From an uncultured Alphaproteobacteria bacterium (GTDB lineage Bacteria; Pseudomonadota; Alphaproteobacteria; Methylaequorales; Methylaequoraceae), in assembly GCA_902537615.1 (NCBI GenBank), contig CACBBU010000006.1:1085-65084 (forward strand): a stretch of 64,000 nt of DNA, written 5' to 3'. Positions 40,427 through 49,632 of this stretch are shown here, piece after piece (position 1 is the first letter of the stretch; each line of letters begins with the position of its first letter). The notes under the pieces were generated by a model. That model worked only from the letters and a program-made list of their open reading frames with translations, did no database searches and was not told the DNA's origin. The position numbers and the translations under genes are program-made.

Positions 40427-42217
40427 ATGAATTTAGTAAATATCAGTGAACCAGGTATTAAGAAGTCATCGGAGGCACTATGTCTGGGCATTGACTTTGG
40501 AACAACTAATTCTGTCTGCTCTGTAAAAATAAATAAGAAAATAATTTATATTGAGGATTTTAAAAAAAGATTACTTCCATCCGTAGTTTTTTATGAAAAC
40601 CAAAAAGCTTTAGTTGGAAATCAAATTAAAAATAAATCTATTTCAGATTTAATTTTCTCAGTAAAAAGGTTTTTTACAGACAACCCAGATCAAATTATTT
40701 TTGACCAAGTTTCAGCAAAAAAAACAGCTATTGATGTTTCAAAGGAAATTTTTTCATATATAAAGAATATTTCTGAAAATTTTTTAAAACAAAATATTGA
40801 TGATTGTGTTCTAACTGTTCCTGCATATTTTGACGAAAAAGCACGTTCAGGAATAATGAGATCCGCTTTCTTAGCCGGCTTTAATGTAAGAAGATTAATT
40901 AATGAACCAACGGCAGCAGCATTTGCTTATGGTTTAGAGAAAAAAAAAAGAGGCCTTTTCTTAGTTTACGATTTAGGAGGAGGAACATTTGATGTGTCAC
41001 TCTTAGAACTTAGGGAAGGAGTTTTTAGAGTAATAGGAACCGGAGGAGACGCAAGACTTGGGGGAGATGATTTTGATATTCTTTTTGCTAAAAGTATATT
41101 GAAAGAATTTTTTTCAACGAATTTAAGCGAAATCAAAAACGATCTGAAAATTAAAATTGTCAAAAAATGTCAATCAATTAAAGAAAACTTTTTAAAAAAA
41201 AATAAAATTTTAGAGTCAATTAACATAGGTGAAGAAGAAAGAAAGGTAAATATTGATAAAGAACTTTTAAATAAATCTGTTGAAGAACCGATAAACAAAA
41301 CAATAACTATCGTAGAAAATTTGTTGAATGAATGTAATGTAAATATTTCATCTGTAGACGGCTTGATTTTAGTAGGTGGCTCAACAAGACTTGAAATTAT
41401 AAAAAATAAGTTAGTTGAAAAATTTAATATTAATATTTTTTCTGATCTAGATCCTGACCTAGTTGTCTCTTGTGGAGCAGCAATGCATGGTTATGAACTA
41501 TTAAATGGTTCTAAGAATCTTCTTTTAGATGTTACACCTTTATCCTTAGGTATTGAAACCATGGGTGGATTGATGGAAAAAATTATCCCAAGAAATTCGC
41601 CAATACCGGCAATAAGAGAACAGATTTTTACAACTAATGAAAATAGTCAGACTTCTATTAAAATAAAAATTTTACAAGGTGAAAGAGAGGTGACTTCAGC
41701 GAATAATACACTTGACGAATTTGTATTATCTGGATTAGAACCAAAGCCTGCTGGAATTCCAAGAATAAAAGTAAGATTTTCTTTAGACGTTGACGGTATT
41801 CTATTTGTTTCAGCTATTGATGAGTCTTCTGGTAAAGAAAATAATCTTGTTGTTAAAACAAATGATCAACTTTCCATTCAAGAAATGAGAGAGTTGGTTT
41901 CATCTAGTTTCCAGAATGCAAAAAAAGATATTGATCTAAGGTTATTGATTGAAACTAAAATTAAAGCTACAAAATTAATAAATGAAATTAATAATGTTAA
42001 ACCAATGATGAAAAAGTTATGTTCATCGGAGGAGTCCAAGGAGATAAATAATATTATTAAATTAATGAAAGTGGAGTTAAAGAGTGATAATAAAGACAAA
42101 ATTAATAATTTGATAGATGATCTTAATGAAAAAACAAAAAACTTTGCTCAAAAAATTATTGACAGTAACTTCTCTAATTTTGTTGGTAAAGAAATAGACA
42201 CAATGGATAAATCATGA
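40427..42217 (+). CDS. hscA: Fe-S protein assembly chaperone HscA (Hsp70 family)
   Basis: GIDFGTTNS and [10 protein letters not shown] motifs; 596 aa. Confidence 0.92.
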   Translation: MNLVNISEPGIKKSSEALCLGIDFGTTNSVCSVKINKKIIYIEDFKKRLLPSVVFYENQKALVGNQIKNKSISDLIFSVKRFFTDNPDQIIFDQVSAKKTAIDVSKEIFSYIKNISENFLKQNIDDCVLTVPAYFDEKARSGIMRSAFLAGFNVRRLINEPTAAAFAYGLEKKKRGLFLVYDLGGGTFDVSLLELREGVFRVIGTGGDARLGGDDFDILFAKSILKEFFSTNLSEIKNDLKIKIVKKCQSIKENFLKKNKILESINIGEEERKVNIDKELLNKSVEEPINKTITIVENLLNECNVNISSVDGLILVGGSTRLEIIKNKLVEKFNINIFSDLDPDLVVSCGAAMHGYELLNGSKNLLLDVTPLSLGIETMGGLMEKIIPRNSPIPAIREQIFTTNENSQTSIKIKILQGEREVTSANNTLDEFVLSGLEPKPAGIPRIKVRFSLDVDGILFVSAIDESSGKENNLVVKTNDQLSIQEMRELVSSSFQNAKKDIDLRLLIETKIKATKLINEINNVKPMMKKLCSSEESKEINNIIKLMKVELKSDNKDKINNLIDDLNEKTKNFAQKIIDSNFSNFVGKEIDTMDKS

Positions 42218-42543
42218 CAAAAATTATATTTGTTGAAGCTGATGGAAAAGAAGTTACAGTTGACGCACAGAATGGATTATCCCTTCTTGAAGTGGCACAT
42301 AAAAATGGAATTTCTCTTGAAGGTGCTTGCGAAGGCTCCCTAGCTTGTTCCACTTGTCATATAATTGTTGACAAAGAATTTTTTGAAAAACTACCTGAAC
42401 CATCGGAAGAAGAGGAGGATATGCTTGATTTGGCATGGGGGCTTACTCATACATCTAGATTAGGGTGTCAAATAATTATTTCTGATGGGTTAGAAGGAAT
42501 GAAAGTTAAAGTTCCAAGCGGTACAAGAAATATGAGTGTTTAA
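42214..42543 (+). CDS. fdx: [2Fe-2S] ferredoxin, ISC/adrenodoxin type
   Basis: [11 protein letters not shown] ... SRLGCQI cysteine pattern; 109 aa. Confidence 0.9.
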   Translation: MTKIIFVEADGKEVTVDAQNGLSLLEVAHKNGISLEGACEGSLACSTCHIIVDKEFFEKLPEPSEEEEDMLDLAWGLTHTSRLGCQIIISDGLEGMKVKVPSGTRNMSV

Positions 42544-42544
42544 A

Positions 42545-42745
42545 ATGGGTTTGAAATGGACTGACTCAAGAGATATTGCAATTTTACTTGAAGATTTATA
42601 TCCCGATGTTGATAATTTAAATCTTCGGTTCACAGATCTTCATAAATGGATTATTTCACTTGAAGATTTTGATGATGACCCCAACTCTTCAAATGAAAAA
42701 ATTTTAGAATCTATTCAGATGGCTTGGATTGATGAAAGAGAATAA
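42545..42745 (+). CDS. iscX: Fe-S assembly protein IscX
   Basis: ORF 42536..42745. The ATG at 42545 gives [23 protein letters not shown]...LEDFDDDP, matching the E. coli IscX N-terminus MGLKWTDS. Confidence 0.88.
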   Translation: MGLKWTDSRDIAILLEDLYPDVDNLNLRFTDLHKWIISLEDFDDDPNSSNEKILESIQMAWIDERE

Positions 42746-43899
42746 TGCAATTAAATTTTGACGATATTATTAAAGCTAATAATTTACCAGAACCCGGTTC
42801 AAAAATAGTTGTCGCTATGTCAGGTGGTGTTGATTCTTCAGTAACGGCTGCTATTTTGAAGAATGCTGGATATGATGTTATTGGTGTTACAATGAAACTT
42901 CATAGCTCAAAAATGTCAAATAAAACTAAAACCTGCTGTTCTGGTTTAGATATTGCTGATGCTCGAAATGTATCAAAAAAACTTGGAATAAAACACTATA
43001 TTATCAATCTTGAAGAACGGTTTAAAAACTCTGTAATAAAGGATTTCGTCACTAGTTACAAAAAAGGTGAAACTCCAATTCCATGTATTAGGTGTAATCA
43101 AACAGTTAAATTTATAGATTTAATTAATTTTGCAGAATCTTTGCAATGTAAATATCTTGCAACAGGACATTATATAAAAAGAGTAGAAAATAAAAGTGGA
43201 ATTCATTTATTTCGTGCAGAGGATGATAAAAAAGACCAAAGTTACTTTCTATTTGCTACAACTCAACAACAATTAAAGATTTTAAGATTCCCCCTAGGAA
43301 ATTTCAAAAAATCGGAAATTCGTGAGATTGCTAAATTTTATAAGCTTGGTGTTGAAGAAAAAAAGGACAGTCAAGACATTTGTTTTATTCCCAATGGTGA
43401 TTACAAAAATTTTTTATTAAAAAATGATCACATAAAAATTAAGAAAGGTTTGATTGAAACTACAGAAGGTTTAGTTGTTGGAGAGCATAATGGAATTGCT
43501 AATTATACTATTGGTCAAAGAAAAGGAATTGGAATTGGTAATATAAAAGGTCTAACAGATAACAAACCATTATATGTCACTGATATTGACAAAAAAAATA
43601 ATAAAATAGTAGTTGGTCATAAAGAAAAGTTAGCTAAATATTTTATTCATATCAAAGAGGTTAACTTTCTTTCTCAAAATATCCCAAAAAAAAGTTTTGA
43701 GGCGTATGTTAAGGTAAGATCTAGAAAAACTTTAATTTCGGCATGTATAAAAGAGTTTTCAGACAAATCTAAAACAGCAACAGTTGAATTAAGAAAGCCT
43801 GAGTTTGGAATTGCTCCTGGTCAAGCCTGTGTTTTTTACAATAACAAAAGGAAAATGATTGGTGGTGGTTGGATATATTCAGGTGAGAAAGTTATTTAA
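42745..43899 (+). CDS. mnmA: tRNA 2-thiouridine(34) synthase MnmA
   Basis: VAMSGGVDSSV PP-loop and catalytic Cys residues; TAATG junction with iscX. Confidence 0.92.
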   Translation: MQLNFDDIIKANNLPEPGSKIVVAMSGGVDSSVTAAILKNAGYDVIGVTMKLHSSKMSNKTKTCCSGLDIADARNVSKKLGIKHYIINLEERFKNSVIKDFVTSYKKGETPIPCIRCNQTVKFIDLINFAESLQCKYLATGHYIKRVENKSGIHLFRAEDDKKDQSYFLFATTQQQLKILRFPLGNFKKSEIREIAKFYKLGVEEKKDSQDICFIPNGDYKNFLLKNDHIKIKKGLIETTEGLVVGEHNGIANYTIGQRKGIGIGNIKGLTDNKPLYVTDIDKKNNKIVVGHKEKLAKYFIHIKEVNFLSQNIPKKSFEAYVKVRSRKTLISACIKEFSDKSKTATVELRKPEFGIAPGQACVFYNNKRKMIGGGWIYSGEKVI

Positions 43900-45025
43900 T
43901 TCCTTTTGTAAAATCATTGATATTTGAAACCAAATAATCCACCTCTTTTTTTTTATTAAAGTAATGAAACGAAACCCTAATGATATTATTTAAATTTTTT
44001 TTTTTAAAATAATGTGTTGATGTTTGAAACGTTGAAATAGAAGTTATAATTTTTTTTTGTCTTAAGAAGGTATATATATCATAAGATGCTTTTCCTTTTA
44101 TTGAGAAAGTATTAATACCTGATATTAATTTCTTATTTTCGTGAAGGGTTACAAAGGAATTTAGGGATATTTTTTTTCTAAAATATTTACTCAAATTTTT
44201 TATCTTAAGTTCTACTTTTTTATGACCAAGGTTGTTAAATTTTTCAATAGCTTTTGAAAGGCCTAGTTTTAACGAAGGCGAGTATTCAAATGTCTCAAAA
44301 ATATTTTTATTATTAAAAATTGAAAGATTTCTTCCAATTATTTTTGATTTAGTTGTATCAATTATTTTTGGAGTAATTATTTTTTGAATGGAATCTTTTA
44401 TAAAAATTAATCCTGTTCCTCTTGGTCCACGTAAATACTTTCTGCCAGAACACACAAGAACATCACAGAAATTTTTTTTTACATTCAATTTTAAATGTCC
44501 CACTGATTGACATGCATCAATTAAAAAAATGATTTTAGGATTTGCTTTTTTTATAAATTTTCCAAGTTTTTCTATATCAAGAATGTTTCCACACTGAGAC
44601 GCAATATGACAGACAGCTACTAAAGCTGTATTTTTATCAATTTTTTCTTTTAGATCTTCAAAAGAAATTTCTCCGTTCTCTTTTAATTTACTGACTCTCA
44701 CATTAAAATTATTGTTGATAAGACTTATATAATTACTTCCATATTCATTATCAAAGATAACTATATTAGAGTTTTTCTTAGTTGTGATTGAATTGACAAA
44801 TAAATTCCATCCATATGTTGTACTTTGTAAAAAAGATATTTCTTCAGGTTTACAATTTAAAAGTTTTGCAGCATTGAAATAAAATTTGTCTAAAATTTTT
44901 TTTTTTTTTTGCTCAATATAATATCCTGATATTTCTGTCTCAAGTTTTAAGTATTTAGAAATTTCATTTTTTGTTGATGGTTCTAAGAGACTCGCACCTG
45001 CATTATTAAAATTTATGAAATTCAA
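43892..45025 (-). CDS. egtE: class V PLP-dependent cysteine desulfurase/C-S lyase-like enzyme, probable EgtE
   Basis: 377-aa ORF with DACQSVGH...CSGRKYLRGPRGTG, resembling the SxRKWLxGPRG region of mycobacterial EgtE. Its start overlaps the egtD stop by 4 nt. Confidence 0.6.
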   Translation of the reverse strand: MNFINFNNAGASLLEPSTKNEISKYLKLETEISGYYIEQKKKKILDKFYFNAAKLLNCKPEEISFLQSTTYGWNLFVNSITTKKNSNIVIFDNEYGSNYISLINNNFNVRVSKLKENGEISFEDLKEKIDKNTALVAVCHIASQCGNILDIEKLGKFIKKANPKIIFLIDACQSVGHLKLNVKKNFCDVLVCSGRKYLRGPRGTGLIFIKDSIQKIITPKIIDTTKSKIIGRNLSIFNNKNIFETFEYSPSLKLGLSKAIEKFNNLGHKKVELKIKNLSKYFRKKISLNSFVTLHENKKLISGINTFSIKGKASYDIYTFLRQKKIITSISTFQTSTHYFKKKNLNNIIRVSFHYFNKKKEVDYLVSNINDFTKGIK

Positions 45026-45993
45026 TTACCAATTACCTTTAAAAAAAAAACACCAAAGTATTTTTTCTGATCGGTTAAAAAATCAACTTTTTTATAGCCA
45101 GAAGATACTGCTAATTTTTCAAATTCCTCAGAAGTATATTTATGAGAATTTTCAGTATGTATACTTTCTCCTTTTTGTATTTTTAGGTCGTAGTCTTTTA
45201 ATAATATATTTTGATTTTCTCTGCTAATTAGGTGCATCTCAATTCTTTTTTTTTTTTCGTTAAAATATGCTTTATGTTCGAAATTATTAACGTCAAACTT
45301 ACTGCCAATTTTGTTATTTATTCCATTCAAAATATTTTTGTTAAATTTAGCAGTAATGCCTTTGGAATCATTATAAGCTTGTTCCATAATTTTTCTATCT
45401 TTTCTCAAATCAACACCAATTATCAAAAAATTGCCTTTTCCAAGAATTTTTTTAAATCCTAACAATAATTTTTTTGCATCATTCTCAGAAAAGTTACCAA
45501 TAGTGGATCCTGGAAAAAAACCAATTTTTTGTGAATTATTATTTACAATTTTACTTATAGACCCCAACTGATACAAATCTGCACAAATTGCCTTAACATT
45601 GATTTTAGGATATTTTTTCGCTATTTCCTTTGCATTATCTAATAAAAAATCATAACTAATATCTATAGAAATGTACTCTTTAGGGTTGTTTAACGCATTC
45701 AAAAGCTTTTTTATTTTTTTATTTGACCCACTCCCAAACTCAATAATTGAGGCATTTGATGGAAGTTTGTTTCTGAAAGAAATTTTTTGACTTTCAATAA
45801 TTTCAATTTCTGTTCTAGTTGGATAATACTCTTTAAGTTCTGAAATCATATCAAATAATTTGGAACCTTTTTCATCATAAAAGTGCTTAGAATTAATTTT
45901 TTTTTGTTCAGAGTTTTTTAAATCCGAAATTATTTCACTATCTTCTTCTTGGTCATGTTCTTTAAAATTATATACGTCTAAATTTTCTATCAT
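45022..45993 (-). CDS. egtD: L-histidine N(alpha)-methyltransferase EgtD
   Basis: HFYDEKGSKLFDMISELKEYYPTRTEIEII and the SAM-binding IIEFGSGS, characteristic of the EgtD family. Confidence 0.85.
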   Translation of the reverse strand: MIENLDVYNFKEHDQEEDSEIISDLKNSEQKKINSKHFYDEKGSKLFDMISELKEYYPTRTEIEIIESQKISFRNKLPSNASIIEFGSGSNKKIKKLLNALNNPKEYISIDISYDFLLDNAKEIAKKYPKINVKAICADLYQLGSISKIVNNNSQKIGFFPGSTIGNFSENDAKKLLLGFKKILGKGNFLIIGVDLRKDRKIMEQAYNDSKGITAKFNKNILNGINNKIGSKFDVNNFEHKAYFNEKKKRIEMHLISRENQNILLKDYDLKIQKGESIHTENSHKYTSEEFEKLAVSSGYKKVDFLTDQKKYFGVFFLKVIGN

Positions 45994-47216
45994 TTTAAAT
46001 TACTAGCTAATCTTATGCCTGAAAACTGCCATCTGTCAGACGGATAATAAAAGTTTCTGTAGGTAGATCTAATGTGATTTTTGGGAGTTGCATATGAACC
46101 ACCTTTTAAAACAAACTGATTACACATGAATTTTTGGTTGTATTCAGATAATTTTTCACTAAAGGGTCTATAACCAGAGTAGGGTAAATAATTACTACTT
46201 GTCCAACACCATAAGTTACCGTAAGAATTTTCCATAGCATTTTGTTTATTTATTGTGATTTCTTTGAAATTTTTATTTTCTAATAGGTTACCATTTTTTT
46301 TATTTTGAGTTAAAAAATATTCAATTTCAAATTCAGTTGGCAAACGTTTTTTCTTAAAACGACTATAGGCATCTGCCTCATAAAAACTTATATTTGAAAC
46401 TGGTTCTGACCCATCTATTTTTTCTACTCCAAAAAAAGAAAATTTAAATTTTTTATCAAGCCAATAAAGAGGTTTATTTATATTATTTTTTTTTATGAAG
46501 TCCCATCCATCAGACAACCATAATTCAGGCCTGTTATATCCATCGTTACCGATAAACTCTAACCATTCATTATTTGACACGAAATTAATATTAAGTTCAA
46601 AGGGCTGAATTACCATTGAATTTGAAGGTGATTCATTATCATAATGAAAAGAATTATCATTCACACCATAATTAAAAAAAGTTGAAGCCTTATTTTTCCA
46701 AAATATTTGTTTATATGTTTTTCTTTTATTTTTTTTGGGTTTGAGATATTCAGGTTTAAGAGGGTTATTGTAAAAATTATTTAGCACGTCCATTAGAATT
46801 AGTTCTTGATGTTGTTGTTCATGATTGATTCCAAGTTCAACTAGAAACTTAAAATTAGGGGTGAGATTTTTTTTACCAAGCAAATCAATAACATTTTGGT
46901 CAACGTATTTACGATATTTAATAACATGATCTAATAATGGCCTGTTAATTGTTCCTCTTTTTTCTTTTGGATTATATATTCCAACACCATTGTAGTACGA
47001 ATTAAAAATATAATTAAAGGACTTATCAAATTTTTTATAATTTTTTCTTTTTTGAAGTATAAAATTTTCAAAAAACCAACTTGTGTGACCCAAATGCCAC
47101 TTAATCGGACTTACAAAATCATTAGATTGTACAAGCATATCTTCAGGTTCAAGTTTTGAAACTAATTCAGATGTTTTCTTTCTTACTTTTAAAAAATTTG
47201 TTACTAAAAAACTCAA
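45990..47216 (-). CDS. egtB: ergothioneine biosynthesis sulfoxide synthase EgtB (DinB_2 + FGE-sulfatase domains)
   Basis: WHLGHTSWFFE and GINHEQQHQEL iron-binding histidines in the N-terminal DinB-like domain. The C-terminal FGE-like domain reads ...GNLWCWTSS...VLKGGSYAT...RNFYYPSDRWQFSGIRLA. Confidence 0.85.
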   Translation of the reverse strand: MSFLVTNFLKVRKKTSELVSKLEPEDMLVQSNDFVSPIKWHLGHTSWFFENFILQKRKNYKKFDKSFNYIFNSYYNGVGIYNPKEKRGTINRPLLDHVIKYRKYVDQNVIDLLGKKNLTPNFKFLVELGINHEQQHQELILMDVLNNFYNNPLKPEYLKPKKNKRKTYKQIFWKNKASTFFNYGVNDNSFHYDNESPSNSMVIQPFELNINFVSNNEWLEFIGNDGYNRPELWLSDGWDFIKKNNINKPLYWLDKKFKFSFFGVEKIDGSEPVSNISFYEADAYSRFKKKRLPTEFEIEYFLTQNKKNGNLLENKNFKEITINKQNAMENSYGNLWCWTSSNYLPYSGYRPFSEKLSEYNQKFMCNQFVLKGGSYATPKNHIRSTYRNFYYPSDRWQFSGIRLASNLK

Positions 47217-47388
47217 TTTTTCTCCATTATCATAATTTTTTGTAAATTTTATAATTAAGATTTTCTAAAGCAATATGATTATTTAGAAATTTTTAAAGGT
47301 TATCAATAAAATAAAAAAATTATTTACTATACACTTGAAACTATTTGTTATTTCGGCAATATTCGTAAATTAAAATGATTTATTAAGC

Positions 47389-47465
47389 GGCGGAGTAGCT
47401 CAGGTGGTTAGAGCAGCGGAATCATAATCCGCGTGTCGGGGGTTCAAGTCCCTCCTCCGCTACCA
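47389..47465 (+). tRNA. tRNA with CAU anticodon (elongator tRNA-Met type; lysidine tRNA-Ile2 not excluded), CCA encoded
   Basis: Hand-folded cloverleaf. The acceptor stem is GGCGGAG/CTCCGCT (G1-U72). The D arm is GCTC-AGGTGGTTA-GAGC. The anticodon arm is GCGGA-ATCATAA-TCCGC. The T arm is GGGGG-TTCAAGT-CCCTC. It ends with discriminator A and CCA, 77 nt in total. Confidence 0.9.
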
Positions 47466-47914
47466 TAAACTTTCAAAGAGTAGGGGTGTAAATTTCTTCA
47501 ATCTTAAGCTTTTTCTTTTAATCTTAAGTTGATTAATTTACATCATTAATATTATTAAAGTAATAAGAGTTCCGATTATTATGAATCTAATCATCATTAT
47601 TGATATCTTTATGGTATAATTTTAACAGAATTTATCAACAATTATTAAATTTGAAATTCAAGTATTTTTTAATAAGTAAGTTAAACTTTCTTCCAAGAAA
47701 GTTAATACGTAGACTACATTTGATCCCGAGGAGTTATATTTTAACAAAAAAAAAGAGTTTTTATAGTGTTCAAAAATTGATAAAAATAAAGAACTATTAT
47801 TTTTTAATTTAATTTCAAAAGATGTGTTGAAATTTCAAAGAAACTTTATTAAGTTTATACTAATCTAAACTTTAGTGCTTAGTATTTTAATAATTAAGTT
47901 TAGCTTGTTGTTTT

Positions 47915-48238
47915 ATGAGAGTTTTTTATTTTGCTTTATTCTTTTCCTTTTTCTTTGTTTCCGACAAAGCGTTTAGTGGAGATCCTGAAGCTGGAAAAGC
48001 TAGATATGCTCAGAACTGTGGCAACTGTCATGGTCCTGGGGGCATGGGACTAGCAAGCTACCCAAGAATATCTGGCAAAGAAGTTCCTTACCTTACTGAT
48101 AGACTTAAAACCTACAGAGCGGGAACCAAGGTCGGACCTAATTCAGACTTAATGATTATGATGGCTAAGCCATTAACTGATTTAGAAATTGAGAATCTAG
48201 CTGCTTACTTAGCAAGTGATCCAGCTAGAAAGAAATAA
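47915..48238 (+). CDS. class I c-type cytochrome (secreted)
   Basis: 107-aa ORF with a signal peptide, the heme motif CGNCHG and a distal Met region (LMIMMAKP). Confidence 0.85.
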   Translation: MRVFYFALFFSFFFVSDKAFSGDPEAGKARYAQNCGNCHGPGGMGLASYPRISGKEVPYLTDRLKTYRAGTKVGPNSDLMIMMAKPLTDLEIENLAAYLASDPARKK

Positions 48239-48266
48239 TATTAACAATAAGTGGAGGATATTTTTA

Positions 48267-49568
48267 ATGTTTAAAAAATCTAAACTACTCTCAGCGGCTA
48301 TTTTTTCAGCTGCTTCTTTGCTGGCCTTTAATGGTCAAGCTGATACTATGGGTACACCAAAGATCAGCGCAATGTCTATTCTTAATGGGTTAGAAAACCC
48401 ATGGGATATGGCATTCACCAATAAAGGTGATATGTTTTTCACAGAAAAATGTAAAGGTTTTTCCGTAAAAACAAAAAAAGGTGCCGTAAACAAATTATAC
48501 GGTATGAAAGGTACTTCTGGATACAATAGTGCTGGTGATGATCTTTTCTGTGAAGGTCAGGCCGGAATGCTAGGTATTGCGGTTGACCCTAACTTCAAAA
48601 AAAATCGTAGAATCTACGTTGCTTCAGCTTCAACCAAACACCGTGGTTCAGGTTGTAAGGACAACTTTGATGTATGTAATGGTAACATCATTATGAGATT
48701 TGAAGTTAGTAAGGACATGAAAAGTGTTTCTAACAGAACTGATATTGTAACTGATATCCAATATAAGCCGTTTGAATCAGATCATCCATTTGGTGGTCCA
48801 GGTGCACATAATGGTAACAGACTAAGATTTGGTCCTGAAGGTTACCTATGGGCAACTACAGGCGATCGTCACAAAGGTGACGTTCCTCAGCATCCAACTC
48901 TTCTAGGAGGTAATGTTCTTAGAATTGATACTGATGGAAAAGCACACCCTGGAAACAACCCGCCTAAAGGTTTTGATAAGCGTATGTACACTTATGGACA
49001 TAGAAATGTTCAAGGTATTGACTTCCGTCCATCAGACGGTAGAGCATTTACTGCTGAACATGGTCCGTGGCACAATGATGAAATCACTGCTTTAGTTAAC
49101 GGTGGTAACGCTGGATGGGATCCTAAGCAAAATGTTGCTGGTAGAGGAAAATGTCCAGATAAGTATTGTGGCTACATGCCTAACCAAAAAGAAGGTATGT
49201 TACCAGCTGCTCGTGCTGAAGCAGGTACTCCAATGAGTGATGAGCGTTTCAAAGACCTCATGCCTCCAGCTTGGAATAACAATGGTCTTTCTCAAGGAAC
49301 TGGTTCTGCTGCTTTCTTAAAAGGTAGTAACTGGGGTTACTGGGAAAATCGTTTGGCTGTCGGAATCATGGGTATTGCTTTCGGTGGAACGCCATCTGGT
49401 ATGAGAATCGACATTATCGATATTACTAAAGACGGTAAAGCGATTAAAAGTGTTATTCAAATGCCTACTGGTCTTACAAAAAGATTCAGAGGGCTAAGAA
49501 TGCATAATGGAGATCTTTACGCAACTGTAGATGAAGGTGAAATCTACAAAATTTCTGCAAGAAAATAA
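48267..49568 (+). CDS. PQQ-dependent sugar (glucose/sorbosone) dehydrogenase family beta-propeller, secreted
   Basis: ORF 48216..49568. The ATG at 48267 follows GGAGGA and gives the signal peptide MFKKSKLLSAAIFSAASLLAFNGQA. Motifs LENPWDMAF, AGMLGIAVDPNF, HNGNRLRFGPEGYLW, GHRNVQG and GGNAGWDP are present. Confidence 0.8.
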   Translation: MFKKSKLLSAAIFSAASLLAFNGQADTMGTPKISAMSILNGLENPWDMAFTNKGDMFFTEKCKGFSVKTKKGAVNKLYGMKGTSGYNSAGDDLFCEGQAGMLGIAVDPNFKKNRRIYVASASTKHRGSGCKDNFDVCNGNIIMRFEVSKDMKSVSNRTDIVTDIQYKPFESDHPFGGPGAHNGNRLRFGPEGYLWATTGDRHKGDVPQHPTLLGGNVLRIDTDGKAHPGNNPPKGFDKRMYTYGHRNVQGIDFRPSDGRAFTAEHGPWHNDEITALVNGGNAGWDPKQNVAGRGKCPDKYCGYMPNQKEGMLPAARAEAGTPMSDERFKDLMPPAWNNNGLSQGTGSAAFLKGSNWGYWENRLAVGIMGIAFGGTPSGMRIDIIDITKDGKAIKSVIQMPTGLTKRFRGLRMHNGDLYATVDEGEIYKISARK

Positions 49569-49576
49569 GGTTATAA

Positions 49577-49606
49577 TCTCGCACCACTCTTGAGAGTGGT
49601 GCGAGA
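49577..49606. terminator. 13-bp perfect GC-rich hairpin between convergent genes (intrinsic terminator)
   Basis: The sequence is TCTCGCACCACTC-TTGA-GAGTGGTGCGAGA, followed by AACCTTTTCC. It starts 9 nt after the dehydrogenase stop, and the convergent GT11 gene ends at 49633. Confidence 0.8.
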
Positions 49607-49632
49607 AACCTTTTCCACACCAAATCACTAAA

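Noticed and set aside
45015-45462. Plus-strand ORFs 45015..45227 and 45232..45462
   Set aside because: They are antisense to egtD, which has strong family motifs.
47600-47812. 70-aa TTG-initiated ORF in the long spacer after the tRNA
   Set aside because: It is basic and aromatic low-complexity sequence (KLIRRLHLIPRSYILTKKK), typical of random AT-rich DNA. It has no RBS, an alternative start codon, and no hydrophobic or structured pattern. The spacer is treated as non-coding.
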